64,000 nt of DNA from NCBI GenBank assembly GCA_002104945.1, contig MCFH01000088.1, positions 63,660-127,659 of the forward strand, given 5' to 3'. Position 1 is the stretch's first letter; the number at the start of each line of letters is the position of its first letter. Source of the DNA: Piromyces finnis finn. Taxonomy: Eukaryota > Fungi > Neocallimastigomycota. A program made the translations under genes and the position numbers. Positions 1 through 14,223 of this stretch are shown here, in pieces. The notes below the pieces were generated by a model that saw nothing but the letters and a program-made list of their open reading frames with translations, made no database searches and was not told the origin of the DNA.

Positions 1-1307
1 CTTTTAAATTTTCTTTATTCAAATTAAACATTTTTTATTTTCTTTTATTTTTTTTTTTTTTTTTATTTTTCATAATAAACTTTAAATCAAATAAAGTTTA
101 TAAAAATATATGAATTTATACATGGTCTCTAATATACAACAAAATTAATATTCAAATCTTCCCTTTTTATCAATAAGAATTATATAACAAATTTTATTTT
201 CCAACATTGAATAAAAAAAAAAGTTTAAACACTTTTTTAAAGTTTAAACAATTCATTAAACAAATAAAAAAAAAAATTCATCTTTAAAGTATATTTTCAC
301 ACAAAACTTTAAAACTTATTCTTAAAAATAAATCTTAATAATCAAAAGAACTACCTTCAACTTATTTTAATCTTAATTTTTACATTCAATTTAACTTTTT
401 ATTTTTTTTCATTTTTTTTTTGAAATGTTTCAACGCTACTATCCAATCACAAACATGGAGAAGGTCTGTAGATTAGCGAAACGAAGAATTCGTGTTTACT
501 CTTTGCCATTTAGAGTGACCATAAATTACATGTTTTTTATGTTAGCGAATAGTGAAAATGAAATAACTTCATAACCACTAAAAATACCAACAAAAAAATG
601 GAATTTAGGTTAAAGATTGGCATTCCACTTTTTTCCTTATTATTTTTTTTTTCGTATATATAATTTAAATTTAATAAAAAACTCTTCTATTAAATATAAT
701 TCATATATACTTTTTTTATAAATAATAAAAAATAATAAAAAAAATTTGATATTAAAGAAAAATGAATTTTAACCTACAAATATTTATAGTTTTTTATAAC
801 CAATCAAATTAAAGAAAGAATCAACCATTAAAATTTAATAGAATATATTTTATTGATTTTTTAATATAGTTAATTAAATAAATAAATTGAATATAAAATA
901 AATAAATCATGAATGAATAATTAAATAAATAAATTTATTATGAAATAAATAAATCAAAGGTTGTAGTTAAAAGATCTAATAGTATTATTATAGTATTATT
1001 ATAGTATTATTATAGTATTGATGTTTTTTGTTTTTTTGTTTTTTTTTTTTTTGTTTTTGTTCTTTTTTTTTATAAATAATAATTTAAAGTATATTTTGTT
1101 TTTTATTTAATATTTTTTTATTTATTTCATTTATTCTTTTTTTTTTATTTATTTTATCAATTTTTTTTAAAAAATATTCATTTGCATTACATTGACAAAA
1201 ACAATTATAAAAAAAAGTTTTTTTTAACAGATGATTTTTTTACTATACAAAATGTTAATGGATATATAAGATTATTTATGTAATTAATTCATAGACATTT
1301 AAAAATT

Positions 1308-4300
1308 TTATGAGTTCACTTCTTTGGTGGAACTCTCTATGATTTCTTTTTTTTCTTTATTATCAACTACTGCTTCATTATTTTCTTTTTCTTTCTTATT
1401 CTTCTTTCTCTTTTTAAATTCTTCTTTTAAAACCAATGCTAATGGAACCGATATTGGTAAGAATAGTGGCATATATACAGCATATTTATGCTCATCTGGG
1501 AAGTAAAGCATAGATACCATAGTTGGATCAAAGAAGGCTTCTTCTGATGCAACTAACGCATTCTTTGAATATAAAAAGACTTGCTTATAATTTCCTCCAT
1601 TAATTTCTTTATAAGCCTAGAAATTTATTTAAATTTTATATATTATAAATATTAATATAAATGCTAAACAGAATAGTTTAAAATATTGAAAATAATAATA
1701 ATAATAATATATATATATTTACATTATCAAGGCATTCTAAAGCAAATAAAACTTTTTCTTGTATTTTATCTAATACAACCATATTTGAAAGAGAACCTAC
1801 TAATTTAGCAAGTGAGTTTAATGTTCTTGATGCATTAATTAAATTTTGAACTGTTCTTTTTCTTAATAATTGATCTAATTCCCATGAAGTAATACCTCTC
1901 TTAGAATCAGTACTATATAATACTCTAACATTTCTCTTCAAAATTAAAAATATATATATAATTTTAATAAAAGAAAAATATTGTTACAACATAAATAATT
2001 TTAAAATCTTAAAAATTCACTTACAGGAAGATCGGTTGGTAAGAATTTAATTTCATTGATACCTAATAAACTTCTAAGTTGATCTAAGAATAATTCCATA
2101 ATTGGCTGAAGATCATTTACTGTATAGTTATAATAATTACTATTACCATTAGTATTAGCTTCAGCATCAGTAGTATTTCTATTTTTATCTATAACAATAC
2201 CACCCCATCTTGGAATTAAGAATGCATTTGTTTCTAAAATATCACCTAGAGATAAATAATAATATTAGTAATATGTAAAAATAATACTAATAAAATGAAT
2301 AGCTTTTTTTTATATTATTTCTATTATTTTTTGATAAATTTTGTAATAATCACCTTTAGAATCATGAATATAAAGAGGAGATTGTGAGATTGGGGGTATA
2401 TATAAAATAAAGTTAATTGGTGGTGCAGTAGAAACTGGTGAAGCTATTTATAAAATAATAATTAATAATAAACTTTTATTTATAAGATATGAAATAATTA
2501 TTGCAAATAAAAAAAAAAATTAAATATACCTAAATTCCATTCTGCTGAATTGATGAAATGTCCTAAATTCTTAGTTTCTAAATAATAATGAGCATTGTCG
2601 TTTGTATTACTATATTTAGCAGATAATGGTGAAGTACCGAAATTCTGAATCTTTTTAAAAAAATATATATGATTATATATATATTATATTAATGTTTTAA
2701 TTTAGAATTTCTTTTAAAAAAAAAACTAAATCATCTTTATAAATTAAATTTACTTGTGATGAGATTTCAAATTTTGAAATTAAAGATAATGTTTCAAAAA
2801 ATGGACTAAAGTAAGCTATATTCATAAATTTTTCATTATATAAATATTTATATATATATAAATTTTATCATGATTATTATTATTTCTTTATATATATATA
2901 TAAACTATACAAAAGTAATTATAAAATATTTATACATTTGATGGCTTTTTCAATATCCCAGTTGACGATATAATCATTTACATTTCCGTTAAATAAGCTA
3001 TATAAGATTTGATAGTTAGAAGCATATTTAAATGTTCTCATCTTCTTAATTTCTTCCTGTTTGTTCATCATTGATAGATTAAGTTGAAATTATTAAAGTT
3101 ATATAAATATGAATAGGGATTTTTTTTTTTTTTTGTTACAAAAAACATATAATGTTAGAAAAGGTAAATAAATTACTTTAGATTCATTTTCTTCACGTTC
3201 TTCTGTAAAAGATGAAATAATATCAGTATGTTCGTTTTCAAACAAGTTTATTATAATTGGAACGGAATATTTTATTATATTTTCTTTAATTGAAATAATA
3301 TAATATATATTATTATTTAAACATAAAATTATTATACATAAAAACATTTTTTTCAATAAGAATAAAGTAATATATATTATATATTAAGATAAAAGAAAGT
3401 ATTTCAATAAAAAAAAATGGGATATAAAAAAAATGATACTTTTATAATATAAAAATTATAAAAATACATTGTTTTCATTTATACCTTCTGTCAATTCCTT
3501 TAAAAATACCATGAATTGTTTATTTTTTCCAATATAAATATCTGCAAAAGATTTTGCACTTTCTTTTTGCTTCAATATATAAATATTATATTCATCATCA
3601 TTCTTTGTATCTAATGTTAGCAAATCATCAAAATTTTCTAAAAATATTCATTTCAAAATATAAATAGTTAAAATTAAATGGGCGTTACATTTCATATCAC
3701 CTTTAATTAAAAAAAAATATAAATTATTTATTTTTATTTTAAATTAACTTGTATATACCATCTATATCTTTTATTAAACCAATATCTGAATTCCATTTAT
3801 TAGTTGATTTTGTATTAACATTAAAACTGAATCCAATTTTTGGTGGATAAGTATACTCAAAATCATCATCTACTGGTGAACTTTCTTGTGAATTGTTACC
3901 AATAACATTATTCTTATCAAATTCACTTTGAATTTTTTTATTTAATAAATCTATATTTACGTCTTTTCCAATATCATTTGGTAATACGTATGACAATTGA
4001 ATTGAGAAATTGATATATAATGACTAGTTTATATATATATATGTAATTTTAATTAAATATAAAAATAATATATATATGTGTGTGTATTTTTATAGTATTA
4101 TAAGTAAATAATAATAAAATATATTAATTAAGATAATATTTATATTTATATAAAAAATAAAATACATTTGGATTTTGCCACTTTTGAACTTCTTTATATG
4201 GAAGGGAAGCTCGATAGACTTCTGTAGTTTTCCACCATATAGGAATACCAATTAAAAATACTAACCAAATTGAACCTATAATATGAAGTCTATTTGATAC

Positions 4301-4312
4301 TTTTATTTTCAT
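1308..4312 (-). CDS. GPI17: GPI transamidase subunit PIG-S/Gpi17, multi-exon
   Basis: The N-terminal exon has a TM segment and GIPIWWKTTEVYRASLP. The C-terminal exons read [30 protein letters not shown], typical PIG-S termini. GT-AG introns separate the ORF-track fragments. Confidence 0.9.
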
Positions 4313-4999
4313 TTTTAAAAAAAAAATATTTAGATATACATTAAAAGTATTGAATTATAATTTTTTATACTATATTAAACCTTGGTGTTTTTCATATAAT
4401 TCTCTTTCCTTTCTTGACATGTGTGTTAATTAAAATTAAAACATTGATTTTTGCTAATTAATTGTATTATTATTTTTATTTTATATTAACCACTGAAAAA
4501 GGACTTTTCCAATAATTTTTTTATATATCTTATTTAAATTATTTTTTCTTTTTCTTTCTTTTTTTTTTATTCCTTTTAATAATAATAACAATATTATTAC
4601 TACTATTTATAAATAGTATTCTTTTTTTTTTAAAAAAAATGATTATTCCCTCTATTAATTTATATTTAGTTTTAGTTTTAATTTTTTAAAAAAAAAAAAA
4701 TACATTCAATAATTTATTTATTTTAATATAATTAATTTAATATATCCAGTAATAAAATTTCATTTATTTATTTATTTTAAAATAATTTATTTTAAAAACT
4801 GAAATGATTGTCTAAACTACAAGATGCAAACTTCAGCTTTCATATTATAATAATATACTATAATAATTAGAATAGATTTTATTTAAAATTTAATAATATA
4901 TTATCTTGTATATATAATTAAAAGTTTACAATGGTATTAATACAATAGTAATTATTTTAAAATAAACGTTTTTTTGTTATATTAAAAATACAACTAAAA

Positions 5000-7051
5000 C
5001 TACCAAATTTTATACCATTCCTTTGTTGAACTATTTACTTTAGGAATTGGTATAGGATATGACGGTGTATCTATTCAATAAATATATATATATATATTTA
5101 ATTATTTATCATTTTTAAATTTGATATGTACAAATTTGATAATATCTACCTGAATTTAAAGAAATACTTTTTCTCGCTCTATTGGGAAATATTGTTTCAT
5201 CATCCCTACAATAGATATATTAAAATTATACCATTAAAAATATTGATAATAAAAAAAAAGAATAATAAATTACAAATGCTCTCTTACACAATTAGATTTG
5301 GTGTTTTCTTAAATTTAAATGGTAATTCTGTTATTTCGTTTCCTTTGATACATCTATTGAATTAGATTAATTATATTAATTAGATTTCAATAATTAAGAT
5401 TAGTCTAAAGTAATTTTAACTCTTAAAATTAAAAATATATATATAAAATCATAAAGAATATATGTACAATAATTGTAGATTAATTAGTTTTTCAAATGTA
5501 TTAGGAATACTTCTCAAATAATTATTTTCTAGACGTCTTTATAAGTAAATAATATTTTTTAATTAATAAAGTGATTTTTTTAACAATAACATTATATCTG
5601 TAGATTAAACTATGAAATTACATTTGTAATAAACTTTCGATTCTCCCTATATCTTGTGGAACAAATCTTAATTTATTATTTGATAATGTTCTTTTTTAAA
5701 AAATAAATATATATATATATTAAGTATAATAATAAAATTTAATAATAAAATTTAATAATGGACTATATACAAATTGATTAAATTATTATAAACATACAAG
5801 TAATTTAAATTGGTTAAATTTTTAATTTCTTGTGGTATAAAAAAGAGTTCATTATCATCTAAATATCTATAAAATTATAATATAAATAATTATATTAATT
5901 ATAATAAAAACGTATATACCATAATATATAAATTGTTGTTGTTATTATTTACAATTCTTTTAATGATTTAATAAACAATATTTGTGTTGGGAATTTCTTT
6001 AACTTATTCTTCTTCAATGATCTTAAATTTTAATAATTAAAAATATTATGAAAAATTAACAAGATTTGTTTTTTGTATATTGTAAAAATTAAATTTTATA
6101 TAAATTAATACATACAGAACAGTTATGTTAAGTGATTTTATTCCATCAGGAAGAAATTCAAGGTTATTTTCATCCAAATATCTATTAATTCATTTATTAT
6201 AGAAAAAACGATTATATCTATGAGTTACAAAACATTAATTTTCCTTTATTATGAAAATAAGACTTACAACGCCTTTAAATGTTGGAGTAAACTTATATCA
6301 TCCGATAATAGTAACCATTTACATTTGTTTAATTTTCTAATTTTATTTTAAAGAAGATATAAAATTTATTTTTTTTAATATTATTAATAATTCAATATAG
6401 ATAGATAGATTAATTCATTTTAAAACATACATTGTTGTTAAATTTTCTAAACATTTAAATGTCAATGGAACCTGTAGAATAGGGTTATTACATAATGATC
6501 TTTTTATATAAATAACAGTTTCAGTATATATGATATTTATTGAAATATATAAATATTTATGATATCTTTTATTTTTACATTTCTTTTAAGCTTGTCATAT
6601 TCTCGCAGTTAAATTCCACTTCAGATAAATTATTATTATTAAGTGTTCTATATGTATTTAATCATTAATAAATATTTCTTTATAAATTATACAAATGTAA
6701 TTTAATGAATTTAATAAATTTATAATAATTGATGAATTTACAATGTTTGTAAATTGTTTAAATTTCCAATTGTTTCTGGTAAAATCTCTAATTTATTGTT
6801 TTGCATATTACTATAATTTATTCAAAATTTTTATACATAATAATAAAATTGTCATCAATATTAAAAATAATTATTTAAAATGATATTAACTTTTTTTTGA
6901 GTTTTCCTATTATATAATAGCATAATGATTAACTTACATAGTTCTTATATTTTTTAAATTTCCAATTTCAATAGGTAATTGAGATAATTTATTATTTTGA
7001 AGATTCCTTTTAAATAGTTAAATAATTTGATTATTATTTATCATGTTACCC

Positions 7052-7082
<31 letters not shown>

Positions 7083-8493
7083 ACTATTGATTCCATATAA
7101 AATAATTAAAATATCTTACAAAAAATTTAAATTGACTAATTCCCCAATTCCATTAAACAATGATATTAAACAATTATAACTTAAATCTCTAATAGCATTT
7201 TGTAAAATATGAAAATCAACGATAATTTATGATTTTAATTATTGTGTATTGTTTATTTCATATTACTAATAATTATTATTATATAAATTTTATAATCCTT
7301 CTTACAATTTTTTTAAGGAAATAAGTTTTTTCATTTCATTTGGAAGTTCTTTAATATTATTGTTAAATAAATACCTACATTAAAATTTGTATATATATAG
7401 CATTAAAATATAATATTTCTTATAATATAATAAATATAATACTATAAATATAAATAATTGAAATAGTGAATTACAATATATTTAAATTAAATAGTTTTCC
7501 TATTTCTGAAGGAATTTCTTTTATATTATTGTTTTGTAATTTCCTTAATGATAATTAAATTTTATATTTAGTTTGATATATTTCATCTAATGGTATTTCA
7601 TATATTTTTATTAATCTTACAATTCAGTTAATTTAATTAATGATCCAAGATTAGGACTTATTGTGTTGATTTTATTATAACTTAAATTTCTTATAATATT
7701 GTTATATGTATATAGATATATGGACATATGGATATAGAATTAATAATATTTTATTTTATATATAGAATACATAATAAAAATAATAGATGTTTAATATTTA
7801 ATGAAAGTTTTTGGTAAAACTTTTTTAGTATAATACTGATAGGTACAATTTATTTAAATTTTTAAGATAACCAATTTCTTTTGGAATGGCCGTTATTTTA
7901 TTATGTTGTAAGCATCTTTTTTTATAATATGTTTATATAAGATTCGTAAAAAAAAGATATATATTAGATATTATCTAAATATTTTTTTTTTTCATAAATA
8001 ATATGAATATTACATTTCTCTTAAGTTTACTAAATTGCAAAAATTATAAATACTAATCGTTTGAATATTATTATATTCGAGATTTCTATTTTTTGATAGT
8101 ATATAATTATAATGAAAATATGGAATATATTATATATTATTATTCTTCTTGAAAATTTAATCTTAATATTTATCATTATTAAAATAATAATACAATTTTG
8201 TAACATTTTGCAAATGTCTTATTGCTTCAGGAATTGTTTCAATATGTTTGTTACTCAGATCCCTTGGTAAATATTAATGATAATGACATAATTATTTTGT
8301 TAAATATCTATGCGTTTAAAATTTATATTATATAATATATATCAAATTACAATTTTTTGACTTTTTTCAATTTATTTGAGGATTTATTATAAAAGAGCTT
8401 GCATGAATGACGTAATGAATCTTGCGATTCACTATCTAATTCTTTATATATTTTATTTAAAATTTCAACAGGAAGTAAAGTAAATCGGACCAT
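5000..8493 (-). CDS. F-box plus leucine-rich-repeat protein, about 21 exons, roughly 500 aa; missed by the ORF track because exons are tiny
   Basis: Manual translation. Exon 1 (8493-8351) MVRFTLLPVEILNKIYKELDSESQDSLRHSCKLFY is an F-box motif. It is followed by 18 phase-2 exons of about 66-72 nt, each one LRR (e.g. DLSNKHIETIPEAIRHLQNVTKL, CLQHNKITAIPKEIGYLKNLNKL, NLQNNKLSQLPIEIGNLKNIRTM). Two tail exons end KEWYKIW-TAG at 5000-5002. Confidence 0.85.
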
Positions 8494-8759
8494 TTACGTT
8501 GTACTCTTAAAAAAGTTATTGATATATATAAATAATTAATACATTGTTTTGTTCTCTCGATTATCTCTAATATAATTATTTGTATATTTTATTTTATTAA
8601 CTTTTATTTAAAACTATCGCTTATTATTGTTATTCCAATTATTCCATATAATAATAAAAATAAATATTCTATGTATATATTTTATTTATTATTATATTTA
8701 ATACTTCAATTCATCTTTCTTTTTTTTTTTTTACTATAGTTAACTCGAATATTTGTTTT

Positions 8760-8797
<38 letters not shown>

Positions 8798-9957
8798 TGG
8801 GAAACAAAATTAATTTAGTTTTATAAAAAATAAAGTTTTAATATTTTTTTTAAGCTAAAAAGATGTATAAGTTTTTTGATAGATAAATAAATATAAATAA
8901 TTATATAGAATTATTTATAATTATGATTTTTATGTTTAATATAATTTAAAATTTAATACAAAAATAAAAAAAAAAAAGAATTACTTTATATTTAAATAAA
9001 CGAAATAATAATATTTGTCATAGATTAATGATTTTATTCTATTCCATTTTGTATTTTTTATATTCTATTTAAAAAGAAATTACCATTACCATGAATGTGA
9101 AATATTTCAATTAAATTCATATTATAGAAATATTGATTTATTCTAACTATAATAATTATAAGAATATATTATTATATTATATTTTGATTAAAAAAATACA
9201 TATTTAATTATAGAACAAAAAAGAGATAAAGTAAGCTTTTTTTTTATTCTTTTCTAAATATATTTACTATTTAATGTTATGGAATATTCTATTTTAAATT
9301 TTTAAAGTTATAAAGTTATTCCTTCCATTGTATATAGTAAAATAATATAATATCAAAATAATAATATAAAAGAAGAAAATCCATATATATATTATGTTTT
9401 TTTATTATGAAATGCAATTATAACATAGTCAATAGTTCTCTATATATCATATATTATTATATATTAATTTTATTTTATTTTTTATCTAATGAACCAAAAT
9501 GAATATTATTTTAAATAAATGATTTATAATAAGAAAGTATTGATTATTTTATTTTCCTAGAAATATATGAATATTTTAATGAATAAAATTAAAAAAAAAA
9601 AAAAAAAAAAAAAAACTTTATATATATGAATATATGAGTATAACAGAAAGAAATAATAATTTTTAATAACAATAAAAAAAGGTTAATAATTTATATCGAT
9701 GTTATAAAGTAAAAAAAAAAAAAAGTTGTAAAATTTTAAAGGTTACACAACAATTTAGAAGGAATTAAGAAATACTTAGAATAACAAAAGCTGTCAATAA
9801 TAATTTAAAATAACAATTTTTAAAGAATAAGCTAGTAATAATTTTATTTAATAGTTGAGATAAAGTATAGTTTAGTACTATACAACAATATGTTATTATT
9901 GAACTAAATTATAGCTAATGGGCTAATGTTTATACCATTTCATTAATATAATTATTA

Positions 9958-10010
9958 TTTATTTATGTATTTATTTATTTATTTATTTATTTATTCATTT
10001 ATTTATTCAT

Positions 10011-10041
<31 letters not shown>

Positions 10042-10078
10042 TTCATTCATTCATTCATTCATTCATTTATTTATTGAT

Positions 10079-10117
<39 letters not shown>

Positions 10118-10214
10118 TTGATTTATTGATTTATTTATTGATTTATTTATTGATTTATTTATTGATTTATTTATTGATTTATTTATTTATTTATTTATTC
10201 ATTCATTCATTCAT

Positions 10215-10281
<67 letters not shown>

Positions 10282-10283
10282 TT
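9958..10283. repeat. Compound tetranucleotide microsatellite (ATTT/ATTC/ATTG)n
   Basis: Directly visible tandem array in the intergenic region between the F-box/LRR gene and SPT7. Confidence 0.95.
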
Positions 10284-10865
10284 ACTAATCAGTTTAATAT
10301 AAAATTAAATCCTAAAAATAAATGTTAATGTTGATATATGTACCTTTTATAAAAAAAAAAAAGTTATATATTATAATATGTAAATATGGACATTCTACAT
10401 ATTTAAGTATATTTTTGTATTTTCCTTAATATCGATTCCTTAATAACATCTTTATATATATTTTTTTATTTCTTATTAATCATTTTTTTTACCTTTAAAA
10501 AAATCTCGTAAAAAAATAATACTTTAATTTTTTATAATATTTTTCAAAAAAAAAATTTTTTTATCTATATTTTCCATATTTAATTAAATTTTAAAATTTT
10601 GGTTACTGCTGTTAATATTCATTTTTAATTTCATTTATAATAAATAAAACAAAACATTTGTTGACTTTTAATCCAATTAATTATTCAATAATTATAACAT
10701 TTTAAAAATTCATTCATATTTTTAAAATTTATTTAACAACAATAACAAAAATAAATATTATTAATGATTTAAGTAAAACAAATAAAAATAATTGTCAATA
10801 ACATTGTCAAATTATTATAGGCCTTTTTTGTATATACAGAATAAAAAGTAAAAAGCAATAAGAAA

Positions 10866-13800
10866 ATGATAACATCATACGAACTAGTAAAATCCTTAGA
10901 AAAAAGAAAAATATGGCAGGAATATATGACAAAAAATGAATGTAAAATATTAAAAGAAGCCTTAAAGTCCAATGATACATTTAATAATTTTATGAATCAA
11001 AGTAAATTTTAATATAATAACATAAATATTTATATATATTATATATTATTGTATGTATGCAATATTAATTTAAAAATAATTATATTTTTAACGGCCTTAT
11101 TTTTATACATATAAAATGTTTGATAATTTAAAAAAGAGGCTAGTGACCCAATAAATTCAAATTATTTGGCCATGCTTCATACACAACAAATGATTTCAGA
11201 ACAATTATTATTTGAATTATACAGAGATATACCAAAATGTCCAATAGATAAAGAACCAAATCCAACTATTAAAGCAATGAAATCTTTATTTAAGCCAATA
11301 CTTGATGATGATGACGATAATTATGATTTTGATGAAGAAGAGACAAAAGGTTTAAAATTAGAAATTTATTGCTAAATTTAATTGGCACATTTACATTTAT
11401 TAAGTATTATAATTACAATTGAATATATTTTATTATTAATAAAAAAAAAAAAGAAGAGGAAAAGGAAATAGAAAATAAGATAGATGAAGAAGAAGATAAA
11501 GAAAATGAAAGAGACTTAATATTAGATGATATGTATTATCCAATTGATTATGATGAAGAAGCCGAAATTGAATATAATAAAAAAGTAATTTTTTTTGTCT
11601 TTTAAAAAAAATTATTTAATTTAAATATTTAGAAAATAAAAATATTCATTTCAATATCAATATTCAAATAAAATTAAATCAAAAAATATAAAAATCTAAT
11701 TTTTACATAGAAATTAGACAAAGAAGTACAAGAAGAAGATGTGGAAGAAGATGAAGATGAAGAAAAACCAAAAATACAAGTATTGTATATTACTTTTATT
11801 ATTTTTATGATTTTTCTTGCAGAATACTAAACAACGTTTTTTTTATACAATCAAACTATATAACTATATATTATAATCTTTAGATGCCAATTAGAAATTA
11901 TTTGGATCTTCCTAATGCAAAGGTTTATTATTTTAAAAATTTTTAATAATAACATTATGACATTATGAGTACTTTTCATTAATAAATTAAAAATATTTTG
12001 CATGTCAATCATTAGTTTCTTTCTGCATATATTGATAGTCATATGTCTTCAAAAGATTCTTATGCTTTGAAGTCATTAATTGCTGACTTAAAGCCAATGA
12101 GTAAATCAAAATGGGTATGTATTTTAATTTTATAATATATTAATTTTTCCTATAATAAAATAAATTATAAATATTAATGCAGTGTCAAATTATAAATATT
12201 AATTCTAAATAATAACAAACAACAATATTTAGTATAATGAGGATAGAATTAATCAAGATGTTTTATATGATCACTGTGAAAGAATATTAAACGAATTAAA
12301 AAATTATGTGGTGAGTGATAATATATATTAAACATTTATTTAAAAATTTGCTAATTTTTTTTTTATTTTAATATTTAATAATTTAAAAGGAACATTCAGG
12401 TCCATTTTTAAATAAAGTTAATAAAAGAGATGCCCCTAATTATTACGAAAGTATGGAATTTAACTATTTAAATAATTGAATAACTAAAAATAGTGTAATA
12501 ATAGAAATATATTCATTTGCTATTAGTTATTAAAAAGCCAATGGATTTATCTTTAATGTCAAGAAAGCTAAAAGGATTACAATATAACAGTAAAGAAGAA
12601 TTTTCAAATGATTTAGAATTGATTTGGAGTAACTGTTTGGCATATAATACTGACCCAGTAAAAATTAGAACTCTATTATATCAAATATATAATATTAAAT
12701 AATATATTTAATTTTATTATTTCTATTAATTACTTTTTTATTTTTATTTTAACAGAAAAGTCCATTTAGGATGCATGCTATGAAAATGAGAGTAAAAGCA
12801 AATTCATTAATGAAGTCTGTACCAGATGTTACTATTAAAATAAAAGGAGATTCAGATAGTGAAGATGGTATATAAAAATTATTATTAATGATAATAAATA
12901 ATATATATTATTATTATTTTTAATCAAAATATTTTTTTATTGTCAAAAAAAAAGATGCATCACATTTAAATATAAAAGAAAACGTACAAACTAGGTAATA
13001 AAAAAATTAAAAATGAAAAATAAATAATAAATATTTAAATATTATAATTAATATAATTTTTTACTCTATAAAGTCAAAGCAAAACAGACCCAATGGTTGT
13101 AGATAAAATATCAAATATAGATAGTGATGATAAAACAAAACAAAAAAAAACAATACCAAACGAAGAAAAAGAATTATTCGAAAAAGGTGAAGATATAAAA
13201 ACAGTAAAATGGAAAGAAGATTCTTTAAATTTAAGAGCAACAAGCTATGTAAGTTTTAAATACTAACAGTTGTTGTTATTAATGTTGTTTTAAAGTATAA
13301 ATTTATTATTTATACCTTTATTAAACGATTATATAATTTTGTGTATATTTAATAATATAACTAAAAAGGTTGAAATGGAAAATGAATTTAAAAAGCCATT
13401 TAATGAAAGAAAACCAATAATAAGAGATCCACTTGAAATGCAAAAATATTATATTGAAGAAAAAGAGCATATTGAGAGAATCAAAAATTACTTCAAAAGT
13501 AATAATAGCATTGCCAATTCTACTATTGATTTGCCTTCATTATCTCAAAATAACTTAAACGATACCAATACTGATGATAAAAATAATTTAAATAATATAC
13601 CATCTTCATCAGATAATAATAATAAAAAAAATAAAAATCATAATAAAACATCAAAATCATTTTATCCAGAATATTCACATTTCTCATCATCTATACCAGA
13701 AATACCACAAATACCTTATGATATTGGTACAAAAATAATACCGTCAAATGAGTTTGATAGAGAATCAATAGAGTATGAAATGTTTAATATATTAAAAATA

Positions 13801-14131
13801 TAAATATGAATTGTTTAATATATAACTAATAACTGATGGATGAATAAAAAAAAATTTTTCATAATTATTTAATTAAATCAATAGGATACCAACACTATTT
13901 GAATATGATGAAATAAGGCAAGAAAAAAATGATAACTCTTTAGCATCAATTATGTGTAATAATATTATTGAATTAAGAACAATTCAAGCCCTATTTTATA
14001 AAATTCAAGCAAAACAGGTAGGTTTACTATAAAATAAAAATATATATAAATATCAGTAATTAAAATATAACAAATATTTAATTATTAAATATTACATTTT
14101 ATTGTTTATATCATTAATTATATTATATTTT

Positions 14132-14223
<92 letters not shown>

